Source of the DNA: Thermoplasmata archaeon
GTDB taxonomy: Archaea; Thermoplasmatota; Thermoplasmata; RBG-16-68-12; JAJISG01
Assembly: GCA_046759265.1 (NCBI GenBank)
Contig: JBHIBW010000001.1
Coordinates: 1-29,157, forward strand
Direction of reading: 5' to 3'
Length of the DNA: 29,157 bases
Below, piece by piece: positions 25,345 to 29,157 of this stretch; the first letter of the stretch is position 1; each line of letters opens with the position of its first letter. A program made the translations under genes and the position numbers. The notes beneath the pieces were generated by a model. That model saw only the letters and a program-made list of their open reading frames with translations, had not been told where the DNA came from and searched no databases.

Positions 25345-26241
25345 GTGGGCCTTCTCCCGAATCTGGGCGACCCGGCGGATCCCAAGGTCCGAGCCCGGTA
25401 TGGGTACCTCCAATCCGGCGTATCGATTGGGGTCAACCTTTCCCTGTTCGCCACGAAGCTGATCCTGTGGACGGTACTCGGGAGCATCGCCGTGCTTACG
25501 GACGCATTCAACGGGCTCGGGGACGTGGCGATCTCGGCGACCATCCTCCTGACCTTTCGGTACGCGAGCCTGGAGGCCGACGAGAGGCACCCCTTCGGGC
25601 ACGGGAGATTGGAGCAGATCGCCGCCCTCATTGTGGCGGCCTTCCTCATTTTCATTGCCGTCCTCCTCCTGATCCAGGCCGCCTTCGAACTCGTCGATCC
25701 GACGGTCCAGGGGAGCCTGGTGCTCGCCCTCGTCCTGGCCGTTCTGGCTGGGGTCAAGGAACTTCTGGCCCGCTTCTCGTTCGCCATCGCTCGGCGAATC
25801 GATAGCGACGCCCTTCGGGCAGACGGGTGGAACCACCGGTACGACGCGCTGCTGACGGCCTCCATCGCCCTCGCGATATACTTGGTAAGCCTGACGCCGT
25901 CGCTGCAGATCCTGGACCCCATCTTCGGGATTCTCGTATCCCTGTTCATCGTCTATACGGGAGCGAGCCTCCTGTGGAGGTCCGGGGAGAGACTCCTAGG
26001 TCGGGCCCCGAGCCGGGCCGTCCTCAGGCGAATCGTGGAGCTGACCCATGCCGTACCCGGCGTCCGCCGGTGTCACGACATCTCGATTCACGACTATGGG
26101 ACGCGGCGGGCGATCTCCCTGACCATCCAGGTCGGGGGCGACCTGACGGTCGAAGAGGGACACGGCATCGCCACCAAGGTTAAACGACTCGTCGATCGTG
26201 AGTTGCGAGCCGAGACGACGGTGCACGTGGAGCCGCCGTAG
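25345..26241 (+). CDS. Cation diffusion facilitator (CDF) family transporter
   Basis: SIAVLTDAFNGLGD, ADERHPFGHGRLE, SDALRADGWNHRYD and C-terminal dimerisation domain ending VHVEP. Confidence 0.93.
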   Translation: MGLLPNLGDPADPKVRARYGYLQSGVSIGVNLSLFATKLILWTVLGSIAVLTDAFNGLGDVAISATILLTFRYASLEADERHPFGHGRLEQIAALIVAAFLIFIAVLLLIQAAFELVDPTVQGSLVLALVLAVLAGVKELLARFSFAIARRIDSDALRADGWNHRYDALLTASIALAIYLVSLTPSLQILDPIFGILVSLFIVYTGASLLWRSGERLLGRAPSRAVLRRIVELTHAVPGVRRCHDISIHDYGTRRAISLTIQVGGDLTVEEGHGIATKVKRLVDRELRAETTVHVEPP

Positions 26242-26314
26242 TCGAGAGCGAGGATGGCGCCGGGCGCAGGAGTCCTCCGGCTCGGCCGAGGCTGCCGCTC
26301 GCTAACGGGGAAGT

Positions 26315-26332
26315 CCCCCGGGGGTCCGGGGG
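26315..26332. terminator. GC hairpin between the convergent CDF and rpl12 genes
   Basis: CCCCCGG-GGGT-CCGGGGG immediately after the rpl12 stop; no clear U-tract. Confidence 0.3.
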
Positions 26333-26333
26333 C

Positions 26334-26642
26334 CTACATGCCGAAGAGGGCGCCCAAGCCGGCGGCGGCCTCCTCTTCGCTGACCTCTTCCTCTTCCTTC
26401 TTCTTTTTTTCCTTCGTCTCTTCTGGCTTCTTCTCCTCCGGTGCGGGGGCAGGGGCAGCGGGGGCGGCGACCGCCCCCTTGATAGCCTCCTCGATGTCCA
26501 CGTCCTCGAGGGACGCGGCGAGCGCCTTGAGACGGGCGTCGTCGGGCTTCAGGCCCGCCGCCTTCAGGACGCTCTTCAGGTTGGCCTCGTTGACTTCCTG
26601 TCCAGCAGAGTGGAGGAGCATGGCGCCGTAGATGTATTCCAT
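26334..26642 (-). CDS. rpl12: 50S ribosomal stalk protein P1/L12
   Basis: [14 protein letters not shown]...[13 protein letters not shown]; ATG 26642. Confidence 0.96.
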   Translation of the reverse strand: MEYIYGAMLLHSAGQEVNEANLKSVLKAAGLKPDDARLKALAASLEDVDIEEAIKGAVAAPAAPAPAPEEKKPEETKEKKKKEEEEVSEEEAAAGLGALFGM

Positions 26643-26661
26643 ACCTTCACCTCCTCGATCT

Positions 26662-27687
26662 TCATCCAAAGAGGGAGCTGAGGCCGGCCGCGGCCTCCTC
26701 TTCGTCGTCGGCTCCCTTCTCTTTCTCCTTCGCTTTCTTCTCCTTCTCCGGGGTCTCCCCAGGCGCGGCTTCGGGCTCGGGGGACCCCTCCTCCGCGGGG
26801 GACGTCCCCAGGCGGGCCTTCAGCTCATCGTCCAGGGCCTCCGGAACGTGACTCGCGAGGGCGCTCATCTGCGCATAGGCCTCCGACAGGAGGCGGGTCA
26901 GGACCTCGTCCACGGGATACTGGGCGGCCAGGGCAAGGGCGAGGGCCCGAGCCTGGGCACGGCTCAGCAGGGCGGGCGTCGTAGCCTGGGTCGGGTACGC
27001 CAGTCCCAAGGCGAGCCCGTAGGCCTGCGAGGCCGCGCGAGCGAGATCGCTTCGGACCCCCTCCTCGTCGAGGGCGAGGTGTTCGGGGGTGTACAGCCGA
27101 CCGTCCTCCAGGACCCCTCGCAGGTCGAGACCCACGGTAATGGGTAGAATCTCCATTCGTGTGAGAACCTGAGCGACCTCAGGCCGAATCCTCTGGCCCG
27201 CCTCGACGAGAACCTTGTCCTTCTTGATGACCACCTTCCCCCGCTCGATGGCGGCGGGCACGCCGGCCTTCTGCAGATCTCCGACGATCGGGCCCGGCTT
27301 GAAAGGCGTATCGCCCTCGCGGACCACAATGTCCTCCGGGGCGAGCTCTCCTCCCCGCGCGGGCGCTTGGGTCTTTGTGGCCTCAAGCTCCTTGTAGAGC
27401 CGAAAGGGGTTCTCCTCCGTGGCGACGAGGGCCGTGGGGCCCGTGAGGAATCCCTCTAGACCCTCCAAACCCGTTCGATCGGGGGCGAGGGTCTCAAGGG
27501 CCCGCAACAGAAGCCGGTTCTTGATGATGCGGAAGTCCACCGTCCCACGAAGTCGCGCCCGGATCTGCTGCATCTGCGGCGCCGGAATGCCCTCGATGCC
27601 GGCGAGGCCGACAACCCGAGCCTCGGTCAGCCAGGCGGCCAGCTCCTGGACAGCGGCTGCTTTCGGGTGCTCCGTCGTTTCCGCCAT
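26662..27687 (-). CDS. rplP0: 50S ribosomal protein L10/P0 (uL10)
   Basis: [26 protein letters not shown] motifs and C-terminal [10 protein letters not shown]. Confidence 0.96.
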   Translation of the reverse strand: MAETTEHPKAAAVQELAAWLTEARVVGLAGIEGIPAPQMQQIRARLRGTVDFRIIKNRLLLRALETLAPDRTGLEGLEGFLTGPTALVATEENPFRLYKELEATKTQAPARGGELAPEDIVVREGDTPFKPGPIVGDLQKAGVPAAIERGKVVIKKDKVLVEAGQRIRPEVAQVLTRMEILPITVGLDLRGVLEDGRLYTPEHLALDEEGVRSDLARAASQAYGLALGLAYPTQATTPALLSRAQARALALALAAQYPVDEVLTRLLSEAYAQMSALASHVPEALDDELKARLGTSPAEEGSPEPEAAPGETPEKEKKAKEKEKGADDEEEAAAGLSSLFG

Positions 27688-28325
27688 CAGACCACCTTGA
27701 CGGCCGGCCCCATCGTCGTTTTGACGTAGACCGATCCGATGTTCGTTCGACCCCTCGGTAGCTGGGCCTCCACACGCTTCAGGATCGTCTCGAGGTTCTC
27801 CGCCAGGTCCTTGGGCTTCATGTCCCGGGTCCCGACGGCCGCGTGAAAGGTTGGGCGATCCTTGGAACGCACGCGCACGGCCCTCTTCAGGTTCCGGATA
27901 ACCGGGAGGGGATCCCCGCCCGGCGGGAGGGGCCGGGGCATCTTCCCTCGCGGCCCCAAGACCGTCCCTAGGCGGCGACCGATGGCGGGCATCAGGGGCG
28001 CTTCGGCGACGAAGAAGTCGTGGTCTTGGGCCAGGGCCCTGGCCTTGGCCTTGTCTTCCGCCAGCGTTTCGATGTCCTCAGGGGCGATGATGGCGTCGGC
28101 CGCATCCCGCGCCTTTACGGCCATCTCCCCGCTCGCGAATACGGCGATCTTTACCTCTCGGCCTCGGCCCTTGGGGAGGATGACCTCTTCCTCAATGCGA
28201 TTCGAAGGAACGCTCAGGTCGATGTCCCGAAGGTTGATGGCGACCTCGACGCTCTCCGCAAAGTTGCGGGGCTTCGCCCGCTCCAAGGCCTGCTCAATGC
28301 CTTCGACGAGCCCCTCTTCTGCCAA
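27687..28325 (-). CDS. rpl1: 50S ribosomal protein L1 (uL1)
   Basis: KPRNFAESVEVAINLRDID, LGPRGKMP and YVKTTMGPAV motifs. Confidence 0.97.
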   Translation of the reverse strand: MAEEGLVEGIEQALERAKPRNFAESVEVAINLRDIDLSVPSNRIEEEVILPKGRGREVKIAVFASGEMAVKARDAADAIIAPEDIETLAEDKAKARALAQDHDFFVAEAPLMPAIGRRLGTVLGPRGKMPRPLPPGGDPLPVIRNLKRAVRVRSKDRPTFHAAVGTRDMKPKDLAENLETILKRVEAQLPRGRTNIGSVYVKTTMGPAVKVV

Positions 28326-28335
28326 CGCGATCCCT

Positions 28336-28366
28336 CTGTAGTCCCTGCGGCCTGCGCCTCCTACAG
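28336..28366 (-). promoter_or_regulatory. Putative uL1-binding autoregulatory RNA element in the rpl1 5' leader
   Basis: Minus strand CUGUAG-GAG-GC-GCAG-GC-CGCAGGGA-CUACAG: two helices with an asymmetric internal loop resembling archaeal L1 mRNA targets. Confidence 0.7.
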
Positions 28367-28390
28367 GGTCCTCGAACTAGCGAGTAGGCG

Positions 28391-28403
28391 ATAATAAGCT
28401 TTT
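28391..28403 (-). promoter_or_regulatory. Probable BRE/TATA promoter for rpl1-rplP0-rpl12
   Basis: Minus strand AAAAGCTTATTAT ~25 nt upstream of the leader hairpin. Confidence 0.5.
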
Positions 28404-28475
28404 GGCGGGGGGTCGGCCAACGCCGCGAAAGTCCGCTCCGCCTAGTGCCTCGCGGGCCGGACGAATGTCGGACGC

Positions 28476-28952
28476 TCAATCCTGGAGGCGCCCGTCGTGC
28501 AGACCCGCCTTCACTTCGGCCTGCACGTCTCGAGGCTCCTTATTCTCGACGGTGACCCCGAGGGAGACACAGGATCCGAGGACCTCGAGAACCTTCCCCT
28601 TCAGGTCGGCCCCGAGGATGCCGTCGCCCTTCATCTGGGCCACCTTCACGACCTGGGCCAGGCTGAGGTTGCCCACGGTCTCGGTCCGGGGGGTGCCGGA
28701 TCCCTTTTCCAGGCCGGCCTCCTTGAGGAGCAGGGCCGAGGTCGTTGGGGTCCCGACCTCCAAGTCAAACGTGCCCTGAGCGGGATCCACGAGAATCTTC
28801 ACGGGGACTTTCATCCCATCGAAGGCGGCCGTTCGTTCGTTCACCGCTTCCACCACCTGAAGAATGTTCAGCCCGAGCGGACCCAGCGCGGGGCCAAGGG
28901 GCGGACCGGCCGTGGCACGGCCGCCCTCCACGAGGACATCGATGGTCTCCAC
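28476..28952 (-). CDS. rpl11: 50S ribosomal protein L11 (uL11)
   Basis: VEGGRATAGPPLGPALGPLG and GSCVSLGVTVE motifs; GTG start. Confidence 0.97.
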   Translation of the reverse strand: METIDVLVEGGRATAGPPLGPALGPLGLNILQVVEAVNERTAAFDGMKVPVKILVDPAQGTFDLEVGTPTTSALLLKEAGLEKGSGTPRTETVGNLSLAQVVKVAQMKGDGILGADLKGKVLEVLGSCVSLGVTVENKEPRDVQAEVKAGLHDGRLQD

Positions 28953-29157
28953 CTAACTCGTCTCCTTCTCCAGGACGCGCACGTTGTCCCCGCGCACCGT
29001 CACGGGGATGGGGACCATGGCCTCGAACAGCTCCACCGTAATCTCTTCCTTGGCCTCATCGATGTGCATGACCCGGGCCTTTTCTCCCTTGAAGGGACCC
29101 GTGATGAGCTCCACGATGTTCCCCTCCATGATCCCGGAGACGAGGGGCTTGGGCTCG
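28953..29157 (-). CDS. spt5: Transcription elongation factor Spt5/NusG, 3' part (KOW domain), runs off the right edge
   Basis: Hand translation ..[51 protein letters not shown]..; canonical position upstream of rpl11. Confidence 0.94.
   Translation of the reverse strand, partial: EPKPLVSGIMEGNIVELITGPFKGEKARVMHIDEAKEEITVELFEAMVPIPVTVRGDNVRVLEKETS

Noticed and set aside
26380-26470. Low-complexity purine/pyrimidine tract
   Set aside because: It encodes the normal Lys/Glu/Ala-rich hinge of P1/L12.

Overview
GC-rich archaeal chromosomal segment, most consistent with a Thermoplasmata-like euryarchaeote. This is inferred from the fused rpoB, the stand-alone 5S gene, PolD, DUF5611/TA0095 and RaSEA. 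Most of the window is housekeeping DNA: rpoH-rpoB, EF-1beta, PolD large subunit, membrane pyrophosphatase, RaSEA and the spt5-rpl11-rpl1-rplP0-rpl12 cluster, plus transporters, glycosyltransferases and small zinc-ribbon or membrane proteins. The most striking signal is in the stable-RNA genes, all three of which are interrupted. (1) A 173-nt tRNA-Lys(UUU) gene upstream of rpoH carries three introns (D-loop 20/21, 37/38, T-loop 59/60) and gives a 74-nt cloverleaf once they are removed. (2) A stand-alone 5S rRNA gene carries a structured ~96-nt insertion just past loop E. (3) A tRNA-Thr(UGU) has a near-minimal 12-nt BHB intron, and its 3' 14 nt are repeated ~2 kb downstream, bracketing a lower-GC islet of membrane-protein genes. 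Also noted: a V4R/longin-like/HTH gene trio, a repeated zinc-ribbon module, an L1 autoregulatory site in the rpl1 leader and a PolD catalytic motif lacking the intein +1 Cys. All structures were paired by hand and all family assignments come from motif recognition; no searches were run.
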